From: a phage
DNA: 64,000 nucleotides
Direction: 5' to 3' (one strand)
NCBI GenBank assembly: GCA_012441205.1
Contig: GCA_012441205.1_4705.1
The position numbers were made by a program, and so were the translations under genes. The notes under the pieces were generated by a model that was not told the origin of the DNA, did not search any database, and saw only the letters and a list, made by a program, of their open reading frames with translations. Shown here piece after piece: positions 8,296-17,248 of this stretch. Each line of letters starts with the position of its first letter. Position 1 is the first letter of the stretch.

Positions 8296-10908
8296 TTAAG
8301 CGTCCGGCGTAAAATCAAAAGGAATGTCCGTACGAATGATATCATAACGTTTTCCGAGGAAATAAAACTCTTCGGGAACCTGACCGGGAATAATGCTATC
8401 ACCGATGAACTGCGGATACGCCCAGATGTACTGAGTGAGTCCTTCGAACATATCCAGGTTATTTGCGTGGTTACCCATGATACGTTTCCAGAGTTCGCGT
8501 TTATACGGCGTTTTAACATCGAAACCATAAAGCGGTGCAAGATCTTCACCAGGAACAAATCCCAGGTAATAGTGAATCTGACTAACCGGGAAACCAAGCG
8601 TATCTCGCGGAATGGTGATCGCTTGCTCAGCTTTGGTGACATGCGTTTCAATAATCCAGTCGTAGCACTCTGAATAGAACCGATCGAATTTCTCTGGATT
8701 ATACCACGCTTTGGGAAGATTCAGTTTCTCCGTGAACGCATTCGACATGATCGTCGGTAAGAACGGAAGAACACCGGTTTTGATCTGCGTGTATTTCGAT
8801 TTTACCCGGTTAGCCAAATTCCAGCAACTGTATCCTAACTGTTCGTTACAAAACTCAACGTAGAGATCGTAATCACCGCCGGATAATGGGTTGTTGATAT
8901 CACCAATGTCTGCAGCGTATTTGTTGGGATATCGGTTATTGAAAGCCAGTTTGGTTTGGTAATCGTAGATACACGGTTTGTTGTTCGCTGTATTGATCCA
9001 CCACCAGGGTTCACCCACCTGTACACAAATGTCCTGGACATGAGGGTAAATAATATCGGCAAACGCGGTTAACACATCCCCTAACCACGCCATCGCCTGT
9101 TGGTTACATGGAGACAGCAACCAGGACGGTGGTGTATATCCGGTTGCTGCGATGTTTCCTTCCCAATCCTGCTGCGCCCACTCGAACGGGCAGGCTGTAC
9201 TCATCAATTCGTAACTTAAACTGATGGTGACAGAGAAATGGTGTTTTGCAGCATATGCGGCGAAAGCTTCATGCCACGCGATACAGGGTGGATTTAATAC
9301 ATCCGTGGTGTTCACCAGTAACTTACCCGCACTTGGCGTCCAGACAGTATCGTAGAAATGCGACATTCCAACATAATGCACTAATTCATCTTGATACCCC
9401 GCATAAACCAGGTTCTCAAATACACGCTCTGGCGTGATGTTGTAATGGTCATCGTAAGCGGTTATCGCACGAAGTTCGTGTGGTGTACAGTGGTGACGAT
9501 TAACCGTCATTTCCTGATACACCCCATCGATAGGAAGAATCTCGAGGGTTAAACCGAGGTCGATTGGCGTTTCCAGATAGGTCGTTTCAGTCGCACCTTC
9601 CTTATAATGTCGAGAACTCATGCTGAACATCAACGATGCTACCGATTCGAGTTCGATAGGCTCGTCAGCATAGAACCCCGCCATTGCGTCATTGAAATCG
9701 ATCGTTACGATTGCGCTTCTACCGTCTTCAGAGACATCGGTGGCGTATCGGGTTAATGAGATATACTGACGGCTATCGTCTTTGTGTACGACGGTTAAAA
9801 CCGGCGGGTTTTCGGTATCTGCAAAGTTACGCTGATCGCCAGTAAACGTGATCTTCGCTTTAAAGATCAAACCGAATAACGACGTCATGGGATCATACGC
9901 AATACAACCGTGATCCAGCGTATCCGTTGTCCGCCATTCTATCCCGACCAACCCGTTAGCGGTATGGCATCGCATATACGCATTAAGGACCATGTCTTCA
10001 CTGACAACCGCGAAGTTCTCTGTTGACTGACCGTTGATAATCCAATACATCGGTTGCCAGAGGTTACGCGTACCTTTTGCGTAGCGGTAGGTTGGTGCGC
10101 CTTTAGGGTTGCCGTTATTGAGATGGAATACGGCAGTACCTTGATAATGGTCGTTCGTATTAATCGGAACACTGTAAGCGTCACCGAGGTCCGTACGTTC
10201 CACCTTCGTGACCGTTGCGTTTTCAAATAACCCACGCAACGCTGGTAAACCGATATCTTCAGGCGCGTTTTCTCGACGAATCGCATCCGCGATGCGATGG
10301 GCTAAGGCGGGGTAAATAGCTTCACCCTGTTGTAGGTTTGCAAGACCTACAAAGCGATCAGGGTCGATACCAGCAATCAATAACTCAACATCACCCTTCG
10401 TTCTATCGTCGTTAAGATATTTCAGTCCGGTAAGGTCAAGATGCTGAATAAGCGACAACAGGTTGTATTTACGGTTTTCAACAGTTAGTACAAGATCGCC
10501 TGCCCAAACCAAACTTCCCTCATCCGCTGTTACTTTAACGGATTGTCGGCCTGTGGTAGACGTTGTTGTCGTTTTATTTAATTGTCCTTGTAGGAAGTCG
10601 GTTGCGAGGTCAAAGGCAATACCGTAACGGTCAGCGACCGCTTGCATGATTTCACGTAACTGGGTATCTTCTTCAATGATAATCTTGACAGGTATTCCCA
10701 GGAACGCTTTAGCGAGGTCTCGTTTAACCAACGAGACGAATACGGATTTGTAGTATCGGCTTCCATCTTTCCCTTTAAAAAGAATGGAGGTTGTTTCGGG
10801 TGCCGATAGAACACGTGCAAATTCAACATCGTCGAAAGTAAGAGAAAGTCCGTTTTTCTCGTTGACCAATCTTAGTATTTCATTTTGCGCGGTTTCATGT
10901 AACTTCAT
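8296..10908 (-). CDS. receptor-binding protein (tail fibre/spike) with conserved N-terminal anchor domain and large unique C-terminal domain (870 aa)
   Basis: N-terminal 150 aa align with four other proteins (17249..19003, 16563..17090, 22652..23482, 59837..61291); GAGG SD. Confidence 0.7.
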   Translation of the reverse strand: MKLHETAQNEILRLVNEKNGLSLTFDDVEFARVLSAPETTSILFKGKDGSRYYKSVFVSLVKRDLAKAFLGIPVKIIIEEDTQLREIMQAVADRYGIAFDLATDFLQGQLNKTTTTSTTGRQSVKVTADEGSLVWAGDLVLTVENRKYNLLSLIQHLDLTGLKYLNDDRTKGDVELLIAGIDPDRFVGLANLQQGEAIYPALAHRIADAIRRENAPEDIGLPALRGLFENATVTKVERTDLGDAYSVPINTNDHYQGTAVFHLNNGNPKGAPTYRYAKGTRNLWQPMYWIINGQSTENFAVVSEDMVLNAYMRCHTANGLVGIEWRTTDTLDHGCIAYDPMTSLFGLIFKAKITFTGDQRNFADTENPPVLTVVHKDDSRQYISLTRYATDVSEDGRSAIVTIDFNDAMAGFYADEPIELESVASLMFSMSSRHYKEGATETTYLETPIDLGLTLEILPIDGVYQEMTVNRHHCTPHELRAITAYDDHYNITPERVFENLVYAGYQDELVHYVGMSHFYDTVWTPSAGKLLVNTTDVLNPPCIAWHEAFAAYAAKHHFSVTISLSYELMSTACPFEWAQQDWEGNIAATGYTPPSWLLSPCNQQAMAWLGDVLTAFADIIYPHVQDICVQVGEPWWWINTANNKPCIYDYQTKLAFNNRYPNKYAADIGDINNPLSGGDYDLYVEFCNEQLGYSCWNLANRVKSKYTQIKTGVLPFLPTIMSNAFTEKLNLPKAWYNPEKFDRFYSECYDWIIETHVTKAEQAITIPRDTLGFPVSQIHYYLGFVPGEDLAPLYGFDVKTPYKRELWKRIMGNHANNLDMFEGLTQYIWAYPQFIGDSIIPGQVPEEFYFLGKRYDIIRTDIPFDFTPDA

Positions 10909-10930
10909 TAAAAACCTCAGCCCTTTAGAA

Positions 10931-11572
10931 TTAAATGTACTGCTTACCGCCCACGAAGGAAGTTAACCAGTTCCCGCTGACGAGTTGTGATACCCAGCCT
11001 GGAACGGCTCTACCATTCTGGCTCATGATGTTACCACACCAACCAGGGAATCCGGGACGGATGTAATAGAAAGTTAAATTGTAGAGATGGCAATTCCATA
11101 CCGCAACGTTATGTTTACCAGAAACCGCTTTAAAGACAAACGCGACAGGTAACGGAGACGATAACAATTCGGTCACAGGGACGGCTGACCAGTTCGCATT
11201 CGCGTTCCATGGTTGCCAGGTATGGCTGCGCGAGTCGCAATATACGTTACCGTTGTTACCGCGCCCACCCGCATTCCACCACAGCGACGGACTCATGTTC
11301 TTAAGTGAGGTAAATTGCTGCGGTGGAATATTAGGAATAATAACAGGGTTGGTACCTTGCCCATGTTTCTTTTCTTTTGCGTTCACATACCCGCTTATCG
11401 ATTCGAGGTATTTGACACCAGGATAATTATTCTGGACTTGTGTCGCAATATCACGAACATCGAACGTCCAGCAGATCATGGTGTTGTAGTAAGCATCGGT
11501 GTTGTCGTACCATGCGTTACCATCTTGTAAACGTGCGCCACTATTCGGTGTTTTATCTGTGTTTATAGCCAT
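10931..11572 (-). CDS. fibre-associated protein, paralog A (213 aa)
   Basis: C-terminal about 45 aa nearly identical to the protein at 11582..12349; lies between fibre genes. Confidence 0.6.
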   Translation of the reverse strand: MAINTDKTPNSGARLQDGNAWYDNTDAYYNTMICWTFDVRDIATQVQNNYPGVKYLESISGYVNAKEKKHGQGTNPVIIPNIPPQQFTSLKNMSPSLWWNAGGRGNNGNVYCDSRSHTWQPWNANANWSAVPVTELLSSPLPVAFVFKAVSGKHNVAVWNCHLYNLTFYYIRPGFPGWCGNIMSQNGRAVPGWVSQLVSGNWLTSFVGGKQYI

Positions 11573-11581
11573 AGTGTTGTC

Positions 11582-12349
11582 CTATACTGCGATGATTGAG
11601 ATATCGGATGCCGGATGTGTGTTGCCATCAGGTGGTACGTACAGAAACACCCACAGATAAAACAGTAGCTTCTCTAACTTCAATTTAATTGAAGTTAGAT
11701 ATTGTTTACCTCCAACAAACGACGTTAACCAATTACCTGAAACAAGTTGCGATGCCCAGCCAGGCACTGCCCTACCGTTCTGGCTCATCACGTTACCTGC
11801 CCATCCCGGAAAACCAGGTCGGAAAATATATACTTGAATATGTGTTAAAGCGTTATCATTACCACCGCCAACAGCAACGTTACGACTCCCAGATGACGGG
11901 AAATATTCTTTTAAGAACAGAGGATCGGTTGCTAATAAAGATGCGGGCCAAGGGTTCGCGGATGCATCAACATCGAATTCGGTCCATCGCCATTTACGTC
12001 CCGTGTCGAACCATGTCGATGTACCACCACCCCTCACGGCAAGATTGCGCGCATCACGGACATTATAAATTGATTCGATGTTACGCCATCCACCTTTTGC
12101 AGCGTTTGCTGCATAGCAAACCGCATTACCACCATTCTTCTTCTCGTAAACGGTTCGTTTGATATGAACACGGTCGATGAACGCTTCACCGTATTTGTTG
12201 ACGAGCGTTTGTGCGATATCACGAAGATCGTGCATGTGAAAAGCGATGTCTTCGTTATGGAACCATGTTGTCTGGTTCCAGACGGTACCGTTTGGTTCGG
12301 CACACATCGATCGGATATTGTTGCGTTGATTAATCGCGATAAAACCCAT
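11582..12349 (-). CDS. fibre-associated protein, paralog B (about 255 aa)
   Basis: homologous to 10931..11572 along its length; start set at ATG 12349 with GAGG SD (track ORF extends to 12436). Confidence 0.55.
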   Translation of the reverse strand: MGFIAINQRNNIRSMCAEPNGTVWNQTTWFHNEDIAFHMHDLRDIAQTLVNKYGEAFIDRVHIKRTVYEKKNGGNAVCYAANAAKGGWRNIESIYNVRDARNLAVRGGGTSTWFDTGRKWRWTEFDVDASANPWPASLLATDPLFLKEYFPSSGSRNVAVGGGNDNALTHIQVYIFRPGFPGWAGNVMSQNGRAVPGWASQLVSGNWLTSFVGGKQYLTSIKLKLEKLLFYLWVFLYVPPDGNTHPASDISIIAV

Positions 12350-12404
12350 TGTATACCTCGTTCCTATTCTCAAAAAGGAAATTTCATACGATGACGCCAT
12401 AGCA

Positions 12405-12434
12405 GCTCCTCCTTCCCTTACGGGTTGGAGGAGC
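12405..12434 (-). terminator. hairpin element, second copy of the 7279..7312 element
   Basis: reverse complement nearly identical to 7281..7312; no strong U-tract. Confidence 0.4.
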
Positions 12435-12442
12435 ATACTTAA

Positions 12443-12949
12443 TTACTCGCTGATAACCTCAACGGAATTGGGATCAGCGATCATCGCACGGTCAGTAGAA
12501 CAATTGAAGAAGACCATGCCGACACCATCGCCGTTCGAGTTCAGGGTTGAACTTACGTAAGACAGGGTTGGTTTATTCATGCGGTAGAAGCGTTCGCTGG
12601 TTGCGGTATTGAACCCCAGGTCAACGTAGTCTTTCACCGTGGTGTACAACTGTGTGGACTCGAAAACGGTTACCGGAGAGTCGACGGTAAATTGACTACC
12701 TTCGTCTACAACCAGAACTTTATCGTTCCAGATTTCAGTGGTTGAGAACTTCGGTTTCCAATGTTCGAATTCCTGGGTTGCACCCCAGCAAGAATACACA
12801 GCGAGATTGCTGTTCTTCTCAACAGGTTTCAACCCCACCAGTTGTGTCAGGTCTTTATCCAGGTTCGGTAAGCCTTCCAGCGTAGCACACCCACCCAGAG
12901 AAAGTACCATCAACATACCAAGAACGATCGCACAAAGTTTCTTCATCAT
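12443..12949 (-). CDS. lipoprotein (168 aa)
   Basis: signal peptide ending in lipobox LSLGGC; AAGGAAA SD; directly downstream of the long tail fibre gene. Confidence 0.65.
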   Translation of the reverse strand: MMKKLCAIVLGMLMVLSLGGCATLEGLPNLDKDLTQLVGLKPVEKNSNLAVYSCWGATQEFEHWKPKFSTTEIWNDKVLVVDEGSQFTVDSPVTVFESTQLYTTVKDYVDLGFNTATSERFYRMNKPTLSYVSSTLNSNGDGVGMVFFNCSTDRAMIADPNSVEVISE

Positions 12950-12997
12950 TAGATTTCCTTATGTGTTAACGGAAGTGACTTCCATAAGGATTGATGA

Positions 12998-15217
12998 TTA
13001 CTTTTTGAGCGCTTTAAGTTCTTCTTCCATCGCTTCCACTTTTGCCGTAAGCTTCTGTACTTGTTTGATTAATGGAACCACCAAACGTTCGTACATAACA
13101 CCTTCGGCGACGAGTCCGTTAGAAGAAACGATAGCGGGGTCATCTTCTTCGGTTGCATCACGCCAATGCACGTATTGTGGTGCGATCTCACCAACCTCTT
13201 CGGCAATCAACCCATACCAACCCCAATCCTTGTTGTCGGCTTCGCAGGTAGAACGATACCAGACAGGACGCATCTCCAATACTTTATCCGCTTGTTCATC
13301 CGTGATATTCTCGATATCTTTCTTATAGCGCCGCGACGACGTTGAACGAAACACATTGTTGATCCCAGCAGTAGGACTGATATACATATTAGCCCCGCTG
13401 GTTGTAGTGCTAATGTCCCATACCGCAAATCCGCCGTTACTCCCATTTCTCACGACCAACGTATTGGCAATAATATCCAGGTTATTGTTGTAACCGGTTA
13501 ACTGGTTTTCGGTGACAAAATCGGATAAGTTAACGGAGTAGTTCTTGCTGTTATAACAACGACGCCATCCTGGGCTGTTGGTGCTGCCATTATAGTTGTC
13601 GTAGCTATAAATGAACTCGGAGTTGGTTTTCGCACCACTGACGGAAGACGTGGTTGCGGTGGTAACACGGATAGTGTAGTTCGTCATCCCGAAGCTAACG
13701 ACCTCGATAACCGCACCAGCCAGAGGAATAATACCACATTTGGTTTCACTGTCTGGGATGTATGCGCTATCGGCAGCAGCGAAGGAGCAACGTGCGACCC
13801 AGGCACGGGTATTGAATGCACCTTGGTTCTGTAATAACGTAATAAACGATGAGGTCGTAATCGAGCTGTTATTATCACCTGTGATCAACCAGCCGGTTGG
13901 ACATGCGGTAGCACCAACGTTTTTCGCTGTTAGCGTGATGTTCTTCGATCCGTCGAAGGCTACGCCGCTGATGGTACGTGCAGTCTGTAGCTTCGTCGCC
14001 GTTGCCGCGTTCCCTGATGTGTTCTGGTTGCCTGTTGTATTCACACCCGGGATACTATCCTTAGATGTGTAGATCTGTGCCCATTCCGACCATTTCGCAT
14101 CGGTTGAATCACGACGTGAACGTAGGTAAGCTGGAGCGTGTGCACCCGAGGTACCTGACCATCCAATGAGGATTTCACCTTCGCCGACCGATGAAGCGCC
14201 TTTAAGATGAACAACGTTACCGTAGGCTGTAGGGTATCCGTTATTGTACGCTTCATACATCTGGATACCCGTATTGCTGCCCTGGGTCGCATTAGCTAAA
14301 GCGGTAACCCGTCCCTTGGAAGCGAGCACGTTAATGCTAAAGCTAATATCGGTTGTACCGTCAAAGGCGACCCCATTAATCCTCCGCGCTGTTTGGAGTT
14401 TCGTGGCAGTAGCCGCATTACCAGAGGTACTCTGATTGCCTGCTTTGTTCACACCTGGTAAATCAATGTTGGCGGTTCCATCAAAGGACACGCCCCCTAT
14501 GGTTCTCGCCGTCTGAAGTTTTGTTGCTGAACCAGCGTTTCCGGAAGTGCTTTGATTACCCGTCGCGTTGACACCTGGTAGGTTAATGCTAGCAGAACCA
14601 TCAAAAGAAACTCCACCGATCGTAATAGCTGTTCGCAACTTCGTGGCTGTCGCAGCGTTACCCGTCGTATTCTGATTACCAGCTGCATTGACGCCAGGTA
14701 ATGCGATATCAGCTGTGCCATCGAACGCGACACCTCCGATTTTACGGGCGGTTTGTAGCTTGGTTGCTGTAGCAGCATTACCGCTGGTATTTTGCGTACC
14801 GGCTTTATTTACACCAGGAAGATCGATGTTAGCAGAACCATCGAAGCTGACGCCACCTATCGTTCTTGCAGTAGCAAGTTTAGCGGCTGTAGCAGCGACG
14901 TTACCGACTTTTAACCATTCTCCCCATGGACCATCCACACCGTTCCATGATGCCGTTAAACTGCGCACGTATATGTTTCCTGTACGTACTGTGTAACGTT
15001 GTGTTCCACCGAATTGACCGGCTGGGAGCACTTCGATGTAACCTACAGCATTTGCTTCAGGGAAATTGTGGGCAGCATCGGCATTCGTTGATGTTTGTTT
15101 GGACCAAATACCCACAGACGCTTCAACCGGACCGTAGGTATCCAGATTTGCATCGGTGGGGAGCTGTCCTCGAAAACGTCGGAATAATGAAGCCGATAAC
15201 CCCAACGTTGTTTGCAT
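12998..15217 (-). CDS. long tail fibre, distal segment with tandem fibre repeats and C-terminal intramolecular-chaperone (S74-like) domain (739 aa from first ATG)
   Basis: about 40-aa repeats GNAATATKLQTARTIGGVSFDGSANIDLPGVN; C-terminal YKKDIENITDEQADKVLEMRPVWY...GLIAEEVGEIAPQYV; frame stays open upstream of the ATG to 15325. Confidence 0.8.
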   Translation of the reverse strand: MQTTLGLSASLFRRFRGQLPTDANLDTYGPVEASVGIWSKQTSTNADAAHNFPEANAVGYIEVLPAGQFGGTQRYTVRTGNIYVRSLTASWNGVDGPWGEWLKVGNVAATAAKLATARTIGGVSFDGSANIDLPGVNKAGTQNTSGNAATATKLQTARKIGGVAFDGTADIALPGVNAAGNQNTTGNAATATKLRTAITIGGVSFDGSASINLPGVNATGNQSTSGNAGSATKLQTARTIGGVSFDGTANIDLPGVNKAGNQSTSGNAATATKLQTARRINGVAFDGTTDISFSINVLASKGRVTALANATQGSNTGIQMYEAYNNGYPTAYGNVVHLKGASSVGEGEILIGWSGTSGAHAPAYLRSRRDSTDAKWSEWAQIYTSKDSIPGVNTTGNQNTSGNAATATKLQTARTISGVAFDGSKNITLTAKNVGATACPTGWLITGDNNSSITTSSFITLLQNQGAFNTRAWVARCSFAAADSAYIPDSETKCGIIPLAGAVIEVVSFGMTNYTIRVTTATTSSVSGAKTNSEFIYSYDNYNGSTNSPGWRRCYNSKNYSVNLSDFVTENQLTGYNNNLDIIANTLVVRNGSNGGFAVWDISTTTSGANMYISPTAGINNVFRSTSSRRYKKDIENITDEQADKVLEMRPVWYRSTCEADNKDWGWYGLIAEEVGEIAPQYVHWRDATEEDDPAIVSSNGLVAEGVMYERLVVPLIKQVQKLTAKVEAMEEELKALKK
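13936..14908 (-). repeat. in-frame coding repeats of the tail fibre (about 120-nt unit, about 5 tandem copies at 14344..14908 plus one distal copy at 13936..14047)
   Basis: repeats visible in both DNA and translation; copies are diverged. Confidence 0.6.
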
Positions 15218-15281
15218 CCCTTCAATGCTTGACTGCGATAGAAGCGCCCGAGCTGTCGACGTGATGGCCGCTAAAGCAACC

Positions 15282-16556
15282 TTATCCGTACCGGTAAAAA
15301 AACGGGAATTTGTTTGCTGATGTTGCTAAACCTGAAAGGGCGGTCAGTAATGCGTTAAGGGGTTGTTTCCCGGCTAGCGCGTTAGTCACAGTCGTTGCAA
15401 AGTTTGGATCATTACCTAACGCTTGAGCTAACTCGTTAAGCGTATTTAGCGCTTCTGGAGACGAGTCGATCAGCGACGCGATAGCACGCATCACAAATTC
15501 CGTGTTGGCGATCTGTTGACTGCTATCGTTCTCTGCAGCCGTAGGTGCTGCTGGGATACCGGTGAACACAGGGTTATTAAGATCCGCCTTAAGGGCGATG
15601 AGACGTCTAAGTGCTTCAACATCGACTTTCAGGTTTTCCCATCCGACGAGATAACCATCACCGGTTGTGTGATAACGGTTGTACCAAAAATCGCCATTAA
15701 CGCCAAAATAAAATATTCCCTTCTCTTCGTATTGTGGGCCAGAACTGTTCCGTGATGAGCTAATGTATTTTATTTCGATAAGGCCGTTGAATACCACTCC
15801 TGGGATAATTTTGTCGTTTCCAGACGATTGCGATACCTGGTAAGCCCCCGGTGTTGTGGCTCTAACCCAAGTCAAGAATTCTGATGTTCCAGCGTTACCG
15901 CTAAAACGCTTGACGTCGGTAAGTATCGCACCAAAACCGAACATACCGGGTAAAGCAACTCGCCCATCGGTACGGTCACGAATATCTGTTGCAACAACAG
16001 GCAACTGCTTACGAACATCATTAACTGCTTTAGGTGTCGCTGATTTTGTCTCATCGTCGCTATCGATATCACTGCTCAGGATGGTCAGTCCTCGAGTATC
16101 TGTGGTTGCATCAGGAAGAAACGCGTTATCTAACACCTTAAGCTGTATCGCATCCGTGTTATTAACAACAACATACACTTGACAGTTAAGAACGCTGGTT
16201 GCGCCTTCGGTAGGCACAGGCTTGTATCTTTCTGGTGCACTGCATACGGCGACCAGAACACCTTGATTGTCATACAGACCGATCTCACGTACCCAGAACC
16301 CACCTTGACTGGCAGGAATAATACCCTCAACAATAATCCTGGTTGTGTCGTCAACATCAATACGGATGTTGGAAACTTCCCCACGATAAACTTCGTGTAC
16401 AAGTGCTGTTTGGCTAGCATCGGGGGTTGGTGTAGAACCGTTGCCATCACCAACGGCAAAATGCGTAATTCTTAGTTTCTCACCGTCAGGAAGTAATGCT
16501 GCGGTGATACGTTCAGCGCCTTTATCGGTAATGACCGTTTTATAAGTTGTACTCAT
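15282..16556 (-). CDS. tail fibre, N-terminal segment (P2 gpH-like tail-collar fibre domain), ends prematurely at the T7 run (424 aa)
   Basis: MSTTYKTVITDKGAERITAAL...ITHFAVGDGNG...QTALVHEVYRG...GGFWVREIGLYD matches the P2 H / tail-collar fibre N-terminal domain. Confidence 0.85.
   Translation of the reverse strand: MSTTYKTVITDKGAERITAALLPDGEKLRITHFAVGDGNGSTPTPDASQTALVHEVYRGEVSNIRIDVDDTTRIIVEGIIPASQGGFWVREIGLYDNQGVLVAVCSAPERYKPVPTEGATSVLNCQVYVVVNNTDAIQLKVLDNAFLPDATTDTRGLTILSSDIDSDDETKSATPKAVNDVRKQLPVVATDIRDRTDGRVALPGMFGFGAILTDVKRFSGNAGTSEFLTWVRATTPGAYQVSQSSGNDKIIPGVVFNGLIEIKYISSSRNSSGPQYEEKGIFYFGVNGDFWYNRYHTTGDGYLVGWENLKVDVEALRRLIALKADLNNPVFTGIPAAPTAAENDSSQQIANTEFVMRAIASLIDSSPEALNTLNELAQALGNDPNFATTVTNALAGKQPLNALLTALSGLATSANKFPFFYRYG
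15296..15302 (-). other. T7 homopolymer (A7 on plus strand) at the frame change joining the two tail fibre segments
   Basis: removing one T fuses ...ANKFPFF to TGTDKVALAAITSTARALL... in frame. Confidence 0.55.
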
Positions 16557-16562
16557 GGCGTT

Positions 16563-17090
16563 TTATCCCGGGTAAATAGTGATGACATCACCGATGACAG
16601 TTGCCGCACCGACGCAAAGATACGCTGGTGATGTATCACGCTGGTTTGTCACGATAAGATCCAATTGCCCACGCCAAACCATGGAGGTATTCGCGATGGG
16701 AATCGAGATCTTCTTGGAAGTATCGTCACGAAAATTAATGGCGGTAGCAAGGGTAGCTGAATCAAAATCAACGTCGGGTTCAAAGTTGAAACCGTATTGA
16801 TCCGAAATAGCTTGAATAACCGCTCTTATGGTTGTTGTTTCAACCGACTCCAAAACGATTTTTATCGGTATTCCTAGAAATGCTTTCGCTATATCACGCC
16901 GTGTGTAAGTGATAAAACTTTCACCACACCACCTTGTTCCTTCATTTGCTGTGACGATCACTTTTGCCCTGTTAACACCAGAACTCCCATCCAGGGTTAA
17001 AGTGAGATCGGAGTTGCTGAATACACTACTGTTACGTTGGTTTATCAACGTAATAAGTTCGTCTTTCCATGGTGGGTAAAGTGAACGCAT
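16563..17090 (-). CDS. anchor-domain protein, short paralog (175 aa), immediately upstream of the tail fibre gene
   Basis: MRSLYPPWKDELITLINQRN...RRDIAKAFLGIP aligns with the conserved N-terminal domain; start set at ATG 17090 with GGAGGAGGG SD. Confidence 0.65.
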   Translation of the reverse strand: MRSLYPPWKDELITLINQRNSSVFSNSDLTLTLDGSSGVNRAKVIVTANEGTRWCGESFITYTRRDIAKAFLGIPIKIVLESVETTTIRAVIQAISDQYGFNFEPDVDFDSATLATAINFRDDTSKKISIPIANTSMVWRGQLDLIVTNQRDTSPAYLCVGAATVIGDVITIYPG

Positions 17091-17195
17091 AAGCGCACCC
17101 TCCTCCAACAATCGAATTAATATGCAAAAACGCCTCGAAACAGGAGTGCGATTCGAGGCTAACGTAAACAGTCTTAACGACCGCATAAAATTCCG

Positions 17196-17240
17196 CGCAT
17201 ATTGCCCCTCTATCCCGACAAAGCGAGATAGAGGGGAGGA
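17196..17240 (-). terminator. hairpin after CDS 17249..19003
   Basis: 10-bp stem CCCCTCTATC/GATAGAGGGG with 12-nt loop; weak U-tract. Confidence 0.35.
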
Positions 17241-17248
17241 TAATACGA

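Noticed and set aside
13936-14908. Regular repeats of about 120 nt, considered as a possible CRISPR array or DGR variable region
   Set aside because: The repeats are in frame inside the tail fibre CDS and encode the known fibre repeat; there are no spacers, no cas genes and no reverse transcriptase ORF in the window.
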